DNA of 32,000 bases from positions 720,001 to 752,000 of the forward strand of contig NZ_JAGIOS010000002.1 of NCBI RefSeq assembly GCF_017876815.1, given 5' to 3'. This DNA is from Sinorhizobium meliloti (GTDB lineage: Bacteria; Pseudomonadota; Alphaproteobacteria; Rhizobiales; Rhizobiaceae). The position numbers and the translations under genes are program-made. Shown here in pieces: positions 7,385 through 14,888 of the stretch. Below the pieces are notes generated by a model. It saw nothing but the letters and a program-made list of their open reading frames with translations, ran no database searches and had not been told where the DNA came from. The stretch's first letter is position 1, and each line of letters opens with the position of its first letter.

Positions 7385-8677
7385 TCAGGAACCCTTGCCG
7401 CCGCACTTGCCGGTGGCCACATTGAAGTTGCCGCAGGACATGGGCGCGCGCCAATCGGAGATCAGGTCCTTCGAGTCCGGCAGGTAGTCCGACCATTCGT
7501 CGCCGACGACGAGGCCGGGCGTTTCCCATACCGTTTCGAACTGGCCGTCGGACTGGATCTCGCCGATCAGCACGGGCTTGGTGATGTGGTGGTTCGGCAT
7601 CATCGTCGAATAGCCGCCCGAAAGGTTCGGTACCGAGACCCCGATCATGGCGTCGAGCACGGCATCGGTATCGGTGGTGCCAGCCTTCTCGACTGCCTTC
7701 AGCCACATGTTGAAGCCGATGTAATGGGCTTCCATCGGGTCGTTGGTGACCCGCTTGTCGTTCTTGGTATATGCCTGCCAGGTCTCGATGAACTCCGCAT
7801 TGGCCGGGTTGTCGACCGACTGGAAGTAGTTCCAGGCAGCGAGATGCCCGACGAGCGGCCCGGTATCGAGGCCGGCAAGTTCCTCCTCGCCGACCGAGAA
7901 GGCGACGACCGGGATGTCCTCGGCCTTGATGCCCTGGTTGGCAAGTTCCTTGTAGAACGGCACGTTGGCGTCGCCGTTGATGGTCGAGACGACCGCGGTC
8001 TTCTTGCCGGCCGAGCCGAACTTCTGGATGTCCGAGACGATCGTCTGCCAGTCGGAATGGCCGAAAGGCGTGTAATTGATCATGATGTCCTCGGGCGCGA
8101 CACCCTTGGAGATCAGGTAGGCCTCGAGGATCTTGTTGGTCGTGCGCGGATAGACGTAATCGGTGCCGGCGAGCACCCAGCGCTCGACTTCCTCGTTCTC
8201 CATCAGATAGTCGACGGCCGGGATGGCCTGCTGATTGGGAGCGGCCCCCGTATAGAAGACGTTGCGCTGGCTTTCCTCGCCCTCGTACTGGACCGGATAG
8301 AAGAGGATCGAATTCAGCTCCTCGAAGACCGGCAGCACGGTTTTGCGCGATACCGACGTCCAGCAGCCGAAGACGGCGGAAACCTTGTCGACGGAGACGA
8401 GCTCGCGCGCCTTTTCGGCAAAGAGCGGCCAGTCCGAGGCCGGGTCGACGACGACGGCTTCCAGCTTCTTGCCGAGCAGGCCGCCCTTCTTGTTCTGCTC
8501 CTCGATCAGCATGAGCATGGCGTCCTTGAGCGTCGTTTCGGAGATCGCCATGGTGCCGGAAAGCGAATGCAGGATGCCGACCTTGATCGTGTCGTCGGCC
8601 GCAAAGGCGCCGTTGAACGCCGTCGTCGAAAGGACGGCAGCTAGAAATGCGCCGGTGACGCGTGCCCTGATAGTCAT
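7385..8677 (-). CDS. urtA: urea ABC transporter substrate-binding protein UrtA
   Basis: 430 aa. It has a signal peptide (…AFNGAFAADD) and a LivK/amide-binding fold signature (IKVGILHSLSGTMAISE). It is the first gene of the urt operon. Confidence 0.93.
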   Translation of the reverse strand: MTIRARVTGAFLAAVLSTTAFNGAFAADDTIKVGILHSLSGTMAISETTLKDAMLMLIEEQNKKGGLLGKKLEAVVVDPASDWPLFAEKARELVSVDKVSAVFGCWTSVSRKTVLPVFEELNSILFYPVQYEGEESQRNVFYTGAAPNQQAIPAVDYLMENEEVERWVLAGTDYVYPRTTNKILEAYLISKGVAPEDIMINYTPFGHSDWQTIVSDIQKFGSAGKKTAVVSTINGDANVPFYKELANQGIKAEDIPVVAFSVGEEELAGLDTGPLVGHLAAWNYFQSVDNPANAEFIETWQAYTKNDKRVTNDPMEAHYIGFNMWLKAVEKAGTTDTDAVLDAMIGVSVPNLSGGYSTMMPNHHITKPVLIGEIQSDGQFETVWETPGLVVGDEWSDYLPDSKDLISDWRAPMSCGNFNVATGKCGGKGS

Positions 8678-8891
8678 CTGATTGAACCCCCTTGTTCTGA
8701 TCGCCGCAACGCAAGTGGCCGTTCTCCATGGCCGTTGCTCGGGGGATCATCAGGCAGCCGCGCTGCACTGCACATACGTCATTCTACGTAGGCGGCGGGG
8801 GGAAGAAGGAAGCTTGGGCTTACTGCCCGGAGTTTTCTGCCGAGGATCCAGGTCGCTACCGCGGCAGACGCGAGAGGAGCGGTACGGCTCC

Positions 8892-9341
8892 TCACAAATA
8901 GGCCGTCACCCGGGGTGGCCGATCCCATGCATCATGGCGCCCGTCCTCATAGACGATCGGGGCATTCGCCAGCTCCTCGTCGGTCGCGTCGTCGAGACAG
9001 GCGATATTCACCGCATGGAACGGTCCGCCCATGATCTCGAAATCGGCGCTGCCAAACGGGTGGACGCCGCAGTGCCTGCAGAACACGTGGCGGATCATGC
9101 GCTCGCCGAAGCGGTATTCCGCCAAGGCCTCCTCGCCGGAAAGCAGGGAGAAATCCTCGGGCGTGACGAACACCTTCCAGAATCGCGTCTTCAGGCAGGA
9201 GGAACAGTTGCAGCGGAAGGTCGTCGTCCACCACACGCCCGGCCGCGGCGCTTCGGATCGCTTTCCCTCCGGCGCAAGATCGAGATTTACGGAAAAACGC
9301 ACCGCGCCGCAATGGCAGCTCCCGTGATAGGTCTTCTTCAT
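8892..9341 (-). CDS. GFA-family (glutathione-dependent formaldehyde-activating-like) Cys-rich zinc protein
   Basis: The start MKKTYHGSCHCGAVRF (ATG at 9341, SD AGGAGG) overlaps the upstream gene's stop as ATGA. The CxC…CxxC…CxxC pattern is typical of the GFA/CENP-V fold. Confidence 0.85.
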   Translation of the reverse strand: MKKTYHGSCHCGAVRFSVNLDLAPEGKRSEAPRPGVWWTTTFRCNCSSCLKTRFWKVFVTPEDFSLLSGEEALAEYRFGERMIRHVFCRHCGVHPFGSADFEIMGGPFHAVNIACLDDATDEELANAPIVYEDGRHDAWDRPPRVTAYL

Positions 9342-9802
9342 TGCATTTCCTCCTTCCGGGCAGCGACATAGGAAACCAGCCGGTCCATGCACTCGCTCCA
9401 TCCTTCCGCATGCGAATCGCGGCTCTCGGCGCTCGTGAACGGCGCCTGGTGGAAGGTGAGACGCGTGCCGCCCGCCACATCATCGAGGGTGACCGTGATC
9501 AGCGTGTCGATGGAGCCCTCCTCTTCCCAGGCGAAGCTGAGGACGATGCGGCTGGGGGCCACGATCTCGCGATAGATGCCGTGCGCCCAGTAGTCCTGGC
9601 CCTCCGGCGAGCGGATGCAGCCGCGCCAGGCGCCGCCTTCACGGAAATCGGTGGTGATCGCGGGCACCGTGAAGCCCTTCGGACCCCACCAGCGTGCCAG
9701 GTGTTCGGGTGTCGTCCAGACCTTGAAGACGAGGTTGGCGGGCGCGTCGAAGACGCGCGTGATGGTAAGCGCGTTCTCTTCCTTCAGAGACGGGGCATTC
9801 AT
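9338..9802 (-). CDS. SRPBCC-superfamily protein, AHSA1 (activator of Hsp90 ATPase homolog 1-like) family
   Basis: 154 aa. It has the typical ITRVFDAPxxLVFKVWTxPEHLxxWWGP N-terminus and the usual partnership with an upstream ArsR regulator. Confidence 0.85.
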   Translation of the reverse strand: MNAPSLKEENALTITRVFDAPANLVFKVWTTPEHLARWWGPKGFTVPAITTDFREGGAWRGCIRSPEGQDYWAHGIYREIVAPSRIVLSFAWEEEGSIDTLITVTLDDVAGGTRLTFHQAPFTSAESRDSHAEGWSECMDRLVSYVAARKEEMQ

Positions 9803-9834
9803 GATCTTCTCCCTTGCGGTCGGGCGAACCCGGT

Positions 9835-10176
9835 TCAGTCTTGATCCGATTTCTCGTTGCGCTGCAGTTCATGAAGATAGCTGTCGAGCCGGTCGAAACT
9901 GCCTTCCCAGAAATGGCGGTAGCGTTCGATCCAGTCGGCGATTTCCTTCAACGGCGCCGCCTCCAGCCGGCAGGGCCGCCATTGGGCGTTACGGCCCCGG
10001 GATATCAGCCCCGCGCGTTCCAATACCTTCAGATGTTTGGAGACCGCCGGCAGACTCATCTCGAATGGAGCTGCAAGTTCGTTCACCGTCGCCTCGCCGG
10101 CGGCAAGGCGCGCAACGATAGCACGGCGGGTGGGGTCGGCCAGTGCCGACAGGGTGCTGCTGAGCTGATCCATCAA
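9835..10176 (-). CDS. ArsR/SmtB-family winged-helix transcriptional regulator
   Basis: It has LADPTRRAIVARL and an HTH region (VNELAAPFEMSLPAVSKHLKVLERAGLI). The track start is TTG at 10176; an in-frame ATG follows at 10173. Confidence 0.88.
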   Translation of the reverse strand: MMDQLSSTLSALADPTRRAIVARLAAGEATVNELAAPFEMSLPAVSKHLKVLERAGLISRGRNAQWRPCRLEAAPLKEIADWIERYRHFWEGSFDRLDSYLHELQRNEKSDQD

Positions 10177-10178
10177 TG

Positions 10179-10196
10179 ATTAACCTACTGGTTAAT
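10179..10196. promoter_or_regulatory. candidate ArsR operator: perfect dyad ATTAACC-TACT-GGTTAAT
   Basis: The 7-bp arms pair perfectly. The dyad lies 3-6 nt upstream of the arsR-like start codon in an AT-rich stretch (TTAATTAAC). Confidence 0.55.
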
Positions 10197-10479
10197 TAAC
10201 TTGATGGTTTATTGCAGCAGCGTGGCGTTCTGTCAAGAGCTGAAATCTGCAATGGACGGGTGCCGCGCCATTGCCCATTCACTTGGTCGGTCTCAAGGGA
10301 CCGCAGGGCAAATCCGCTTCAAGAGGGAGAACATTCGATACAAAACGATCAAAACTGATCAAGCGGCCCTCGCGGAGCGTCGACGTTTTCCGCAATGCAG
10401 CAATTTCCCGGGCCGCTCGTCCGTGTTACGACATGAGCAGCTGGCGCATTCGGCCGGCATTGCGAGATGACGAGGGACC

Positions 10480-13400
10480 ATGGCGGCACGCCAGCGCATC
10501 ATTCCCGTTCGACGAGAATATAACCGCTGGGTCGCCAACCAGACGCTCGAAGACTATGCGCTGCGCTTCACCGCCAAGAGCGCGCGGCGCTTTTCCTCCG
10601 CGCGCATTTCGCAGACGGCGATCGGCGCCATCTCCTTCCTGGCGCTGGAAGCCATCGGCGGCGCGATTACCATGTCCTACGGCACGACGAACGCTATCGT
10701 CGCGATCCTCGTCGCGAGCCTGATGATCCTTATCGTCGGCCTGCCGATCAGCCGCTATGCCATCCGTCACGGAGTCGACATCGACCTTCTCACGCGCGGC
10801 GCGAGCTTCGGCTATATCGGCTCGACGACCACCTCGCTCATCTATGCGAGCTTCACCTTCATCCTCTTCGCGATCGAAGCCTCGATCATGTCTGGGGCGC
10901 TGGAGCTCGCGCTCGGCATACCGCTCTGGATCGGCTACATCATCAGCGCCGTCATGGTGATCCCGCTGGTCACCCATGGCGTGAAGCTGATCAGCCGGTT
11001 CCAGCTCGTCACGCAGCCCTTCTGGATCGTCCTGAACATTCTTCCCTTCGCCTTCATCGCGTTTGCGGACTGGGAGAAGGTCGGCCTGTGGCTCGCTTAT
11101 GCGGGCATCCATCACACATCGGGCCCCCCCGGCACGCTCGCGCCGTTCCATCTCGTCGAATTCGGCGCTGCCTCGGCGGTCATCTTCGCGCTGATGGCGC
11201 AGATCGGCGAACAGGTGGACTTCCTGCGCTTCCTGCCGCCTGACGGCGAGCGCAAGCTCCGGCACCGCATCGCCGTCTTTCTTGCCGGCTCCGGCTGGGT
11301 GATCGTCGGCGCGCCGAAGCTGCTTGCCGGCTCCTTTCTCGTCGTGCTGGCGCTCAGCACCGGCGTTCCATCGACCAGGGCCGCCGACCCGGCGCAGATG
11401 TATTACACCGCCTTCGGCTACATCTTCCCGTCGGACACGGCCGCGCTCCTGCTGATGGCCGCTTTCGTCGTCGTCTCGCAGCTCAAAATCAACGTGATGA
11501 ACGCCTATGCGGGCTCGCTCGCCTGGTCGAACTTCTTCTCGCGGCTCACCCACAGCCATCCGGGCCGCGTCATCTGGCTGGTGTTCAACGTGGCGATCGC
11601 GCTCCTGCTGATGGAGCTCGGCATCTATCGTCTGCTGGAGGAGACGCTCGGCATCTTTTCGATCGTCGCCATGGCCTGGCTCTCAACGATCTCCGCCGAT
11701 CTCTTCGTCAACAAGCCGCTCGGGCTCGCCCCGCCCGGAATCGAGTTCAAGCGCGCCCATCTCTACGACATCAACCCTGTCGGCCTCGGCACCATGGGCG
11801 TGTCGACGCTCTTCGCCCTCGTCGCGCATTTCGGCGCGGCGGGCGAAATCGCCGCCTCGCTCGCCCCCTATATCGCGCTCGTCACGGCCTTTGTCGTCTC
11901 GCCGCTGATCGCCTGGTGGACGGAAGGGAAATTCTATCTCGCCCGCAAGCCGCGCAAGAGCTGGCTCACCGAAAGCGAGATCACCTGCTCGATCTGCGAG
12001 CATCCGTTCGAACCGGAGGACATGGCCTGGTGTCCGGCCTATGCGGCGCCGATCTGCTCGCTCTGCTGCTCTCTCGACAGCCGCTGCCACGACATGTGCA
12101 AGCCGAAGGCGCGGCTGAACACGCAGGTCGCGACCGTGGCCAAGGTGGTGCTGCCCGAAACGGTCGTCGCAAAGCTTGCGACAAGGCTCGGCCGTTACGC
12201 GATTTCAGCGGTGATCTCGATTACCGGCATCGGTGTCATCCTGGCGATGATCGCCCACCAGACGACGGCCGCCTCTCCCGAGACCGCCGATGTCGTCGAG
12301 CGGACCATCGCCATCGTCTTCTTCGTCTTCGCCATCCTTGCCGGCGTCGTGTCCTGGTTCTACGTGCTTGCCCATGACAGCCGGGTCGTTGCGGAAGAGG
12401 AATCCTCCCGGCAGAACACGGCTCTCCTGAAGGAGATCGCCGCCCACAAGAAGACCGACGCGGCGCTGCAGGACGCGAAAGAAAGGGCGGAGTCGGCCAA
12501 CCGCGCGAAGAGCCGCTATGTCGTGGGGCTCAGCCACGAACTGCGCACGCCGCTCAATGCGGTGCTCGGCTACGCCCAGATCCTCGAGCGCGACGAGACG
12601 ATACCGCCGCCGCGGCAGGGCGCGATCAAGGCGATCAGGCGCAGCGCCGACCATCTCTCCGGACTGATCGACGGCCTCCTCGACATCTCCAAGATCGAAG
12701 CCGGCAAGCTGCAGGTCTATTCCAACGAGATCAACATTCAGGACTTCTTGGATCAGATCGTCGACATGTTCCGCCCGCAGGCGCAGGCAAAGGGCATCGC
12801 CTTCGAGCACAACCGCGCAGCCTCGCTGCCGCAATATGTGCGGACCGACGACAAGCGCCTGCGGCAGATCCTCGTCAACCTGCTCTCCAATGCCCTGAAG
12901 TTCACGGAACGGGGGCATATCCGCTTCGACGTCGCCTATCGCAGCCAGGTTGCAAGTTTCACCATCGAGGACAGCGGCCGCGGCATCAGCGAGAAGGACC
13001 TGCCCCGGATCTTCGAGCCCTTCCAGCGCGGCGAGGCGGAATATCGCATGCCGGGCCTCGGCCTCGGCCTGACCATCACGCGCCTGCTCACCCAGACGCT
13101 CGGCGGCGAAATTTCCGTCACCAGCGAGAAGGACAAGGGCACGGGCTTCAAGGTCCGGCTGATGCTCTCTGCGGTCGACCGGCCCGCCGCGCTCAAAGAC
13201 CCGGTGCAGAAGATCAAGTCCTATCACGGGCCACGCCGGACGATCATCGTGGTCGACGACAATGCGGATCACCGCAACCTGATGCGCGAGCTGCTGACGC
13301 CGCTCGATTTCACCGTTCTTGCGGCGGCGAGCGGGGCGGCCTGCCTGGCGCTCGCCGAACATACGGAACCGGACCTGTTCCTGATCGACATCTCCATGCC

Positions 13401-13860
13401 CGGCATGAGCGGCTGGGATCTGGTGACGCGGCTGAGGGAAGCCGGCCAGAGCGCGCCGGCGATCATGCTTTCGGCCAATATCGGCGATGGCTCGGCCGCC
13501 GGCGCCATCGGCCACAACGATGCCCTTGCCAAGCCCTTCGGCCTGCGCCAGCTCACCGACAAGCTCGCGATCCACCTGAAACTCGAATGGATCTACGACG
13601 ACGGCCCGAAGGAAACGTCCGGCACCGACAAGACCACTGCGGTAGCGAGCCCCGGTCATCATCATTTGAAAGAATTGATCGAGCTCGGCGAAATCGGCTA
13701 CGTGAGGGGCATCGAAGCAAAATTGACGGAGATCGCCCTGAACCCCGACAACCGAGCCTTCGCCGAGGCGGCGCGCGCCTATGTCGGGGCATTCGACCTC
13801 GCGGGCTATGACGCCTTTCTCAAACGCCTGCTCGCCGGGGAGGCGAATGCCCGTGCCTGA
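10480..13860 (+). CDS. hybrid sensor histidine kinase with an N-terminal 12-TM permease-like (NCS1-like) domain, Cys8 cluster, HisKA, HATPase_c, REC and a C-terminal helical tail
   Basis: 1126 aa. Residues 1-485 contain 12 hydrophobic helices, with RGASFGYIGS and QLKINVMNAYAGSLAWSNFF motifs resembling purine-cytosine/hydantoin permeases. The Cys cluster spans residues 503-540, followed by two more TM helices. Kinase features are the H-box SHELRTPLN (His686), N-box LVNLLSNALKFT, G1 DSGRGI and G2 GLGLGL. The REC domain has LFLIDISMPGMSG (Asp970). Confidence 0.9.
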   Translation: MAARQRIIPVRREYNRWVANQTLEDYALRFTAKSARRFSSARISQTAIGAISFLALEAIGGAITMSYGTTNAIVAILVASLMILIVGLPISRYAIRHGVDIDLLTRGASFGYIGSTTTSLIYASFTFILFAIEASIMSGALELALGIPLWIGYIISAVMVIPLVTHGVKLISRFQLVTQPFWIVLNILPFAFIAFADWEKVGLWLAYAGIHHTSGPPGTLAPFHLVEFGAASAVIFALMAQIGEQVDFLRFLPPDGERKLRHRIAVFLAGSGWVIVGAPKLLAGSFLVVLALSTGVPSTRAADPAQMYYTAFGYIFPSDTAALLLMAAFVVVSQLKINVMNAYAGSLAWSNFFSRLTHSHPGRVIWLVFNVAIALLLMELGIYRLLEETLGIFSIVAMAWLSTISADLFVNKPLGLAPPGIEFKRAHLYDINPVGLGTMGVSTLFALVAHFGAAGEIAASLAPYIALVTAFVVSPLIAWWTEGKFYLARKPRKSWLTESEITCSICEHPFEPEDMAWCPAYAAPICSLCCSLDSRCHDMCKPKARLNTQVATVAKVVLPETVVAKLATRLGRYAISAVISITGIGVILAMIAHQTTAASPETADVVERTIAIVFFVFAILAGVVSWFYVLAHDSRVVAEEESSRQNTALLKEIAAHKKTDAALQDAKERAESANRAKSRYVVGLSHELRTPLNAVLGYAQILERDETIPPPRQGAIKAIRRSADHLSGLIDGLLDISKIEAGKLQVYSNEINIQDFLDQIVDMFRPQAQAKGIAFEHNRAASLPQYVRTDDKRLRQILVNLLSNALKFTERGHIRFDVAYRSQVASFTIEDSGRGISEKDLPRIFEPFQRGEAEYRMPGLGLGLTITRLLTQTLGGEISVTSEKDKGTGFKVRLMLSAVDRPAALKDPVQKIKSYHGPRRTIIVVDDNADHRNLMRELLTPLDFTVLAAASGAACLALAEHTEPDLFLIDISMPGMSGWDLVTRLREAGQSAPAIMLSANIGDGSAAGAIGHNDALAKPFGLRQLTDKLAIHLKLEWIYDDGPKETSGTDKTTAVASPGHHHLKELIELGEIGYVRGIEAKLTEIALNPDNRAFAEAARAYVGAFDLAGYDAFLKRLLAGEANARA

Positions 13861-14776
13861 GGCAGCGAACGCGCGCGACATCGTACTCCTCGTCGACGAT
13901 TCGCCGGAGGCGCTCGGCTTCCTGACCGAAGCGCTGGAACAGTCCGGCTTTTCCGTATTGATCGCGACCTCCGGCAACGCGGCGCTCAACATAGCCGATC
14001 GCATAACGCCGGACATCATCCTGCTCGATGCGGTCATGCCCGGCATGGACGGCTTCGACACCTGCACCCGGCTGAAGGCGAATGCTTCCGTCGCCCAGGT
14101 GCCCGTGGTCTTCATGACCGGCCTGACCGAGACGGAGCATGTGGTGCGGGCGCTCGAAGCCGGCGGCGTCGATTACCTGACCAAGCCGATCAATATCGAC
14201 GAGTTGCGCGCCCGCATCCGCGTCCATCTTTCCAATGCGCGCTCCGCCCAGAGCGCCCGCGTCGCACTGGACGCGGCGGGGCGGCATCTGCTGGCGGTGC
14301 GAGGCGATGGAACGGTTCGCTGGTCGACCCCGCAGGCGACCCGCCTCGTCAACGCGGCCACCGGCAGCGACGACGGTCTTGCCTTCGTCGCCGGGCGCAT
14401 TGCCGAGTGGATGCGGGAGCGGGAAACCAGCCCTGGCGAAAGGCAAGGGACTTTCACCCTGCAGCGCGCCAGCCAGACGGGCCTGCAGATCTCCTATCTC
14501 GGCGCAATCGGCGCCAATGAATACCTATTCCGGCTGACCGCCGAGAACGGCATGAGCGACGACGAAACGCTGCGCCAGCACTTCCGGCTCACCCAGCGGG
14601 AGTCCGAGGTGCTGCTCTGGATCGCCAAGGGAAAATCCAACCGCGACATCGGCGAGATCCTGGGTTTGAGCTCGCGCACCGTCACCAAGCATCTCGAACA
14701 GATCTATGTGAAGCTCGGCGTCGAAAACCGGGCCTCGGCGGCAGTGAAGGCGACGCAGGTGCTGCACGGGATCTGA
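13847..14776 (+). CDS. LuxR/FixJ-family response regulator with an extra central PAS-like domain (REC / about 105 aa / HTH)
   Basis: The ATG at 13847 overlaps the kinase stop by 14 nt. The REC domain has DD at 17-18, Asp61 (ILLDAVMPGMDG) and Lys113 (TKP). The LuxR HTH is LTQRESEVLLWIAKGKSNRDIGEILGLSSRTVTKHLEQIY. At 309 aa it is about 100 aa longer than NarL-type regulators. Confidence 0.9.
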   Translation: MPVPEAANARDIVLLVDDSPEALGFLTEALEQSGFSVLIATSGNAALNIADRITPDIILLDAVMPGMDGFDTCTRLKANASVAQVPVVFMTGLTETEHVVRALEAGGVDYLTKPINIDELRARIRVHLSNARSAQSARVALDAAGRHLLAVRGDGTVRWSTPQATRLVNAATGSDDGLAFVAGRIAEWMRERETSPGERQGTFTLQRASQTGLQISYLGAIGANEYLFRLTAENGMSDDETLRQHFRLTQRESEVLLWIAKGKSNRDIGEILGLSSRTVTKHLEQIYVKLGVENRASAAVKATQVLHGI

Positions 14777-14816
14777 TCTTGTGCCGAGTGCCCACCCCCT
14801 CTGGACTGGCCGGCGA

Positions 14817-14849
14817 TAAAAAAGCGCGGCCCGGAGAACCGGACCGCGC
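14817..14849 (-). terminator. rho-independent terminator of dctA
   Basis: On the minus strand it reads GCGCGGTCCGG-TTCT-CCGGGCCGCGC (10 bp plus one mismatch) followed by TTTTTTAT. It lies 40 nt after the dctA stop. Confidence 0.8.
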
Positions 14850-14888
14850 CAACCGCACCAGCGTGCGGTCTCGCCCTGGGAGGCAAGC

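Noticed and set aside
8706-8720. Possible sigma-54 promoter for urtA (minus strand GGCCACTTGCGTTGC), plus a direct repeat AACGGCCA x2 at 8715-8737
   Set aside because: The GG-to-GC spacing is one nucleotide longer than the strict TGGCAC-N5-TTGC geometry, and the -24 element reads GGCCAC rather than GGCAC. Nitrogen control of urt is plausible, but this sequence alone does not support calling a promoter.
8874-8893. Hairpin GAGGAGC-ggtacg-GCTCCTC at the end of the GFA gene as an intrinsic terminator
   Set aside because: The stem is only 7 bp, it overlaps the stop codon, and no T-run follows on the transcribed strand. This is insufficient to call.
10201-10470. 89-aa ORF in the arsR-kinase divergent spacer
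   Set aside because: It has a TTG start, no SD and AT-rich third positions, and it lies in a region that must hold two divergent promoters. It is most likely non-coding.
12205-14115. 636-aa minus-strand ORF antisense to the hybrid kinase and regulator. Also 10426-11559 (-), 22262-23614 (-), 23621-24616 (-), 23847-24986 (-), 25273-25965 (-) and 25722-26036 (the plus-strand frame upstream of thiE).
   Set aside because: Most are codon-aligned antisense frames or alternative frames of well-supported genes (kinase, thiC, thiO, thiG); 10426-11559 is a shadow in a different frame, 23621-24616 is in a non-aligned phase, and for 23847-24986 alignment holds only across its thiO-overlapping portion. 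They have no independent coding signal.
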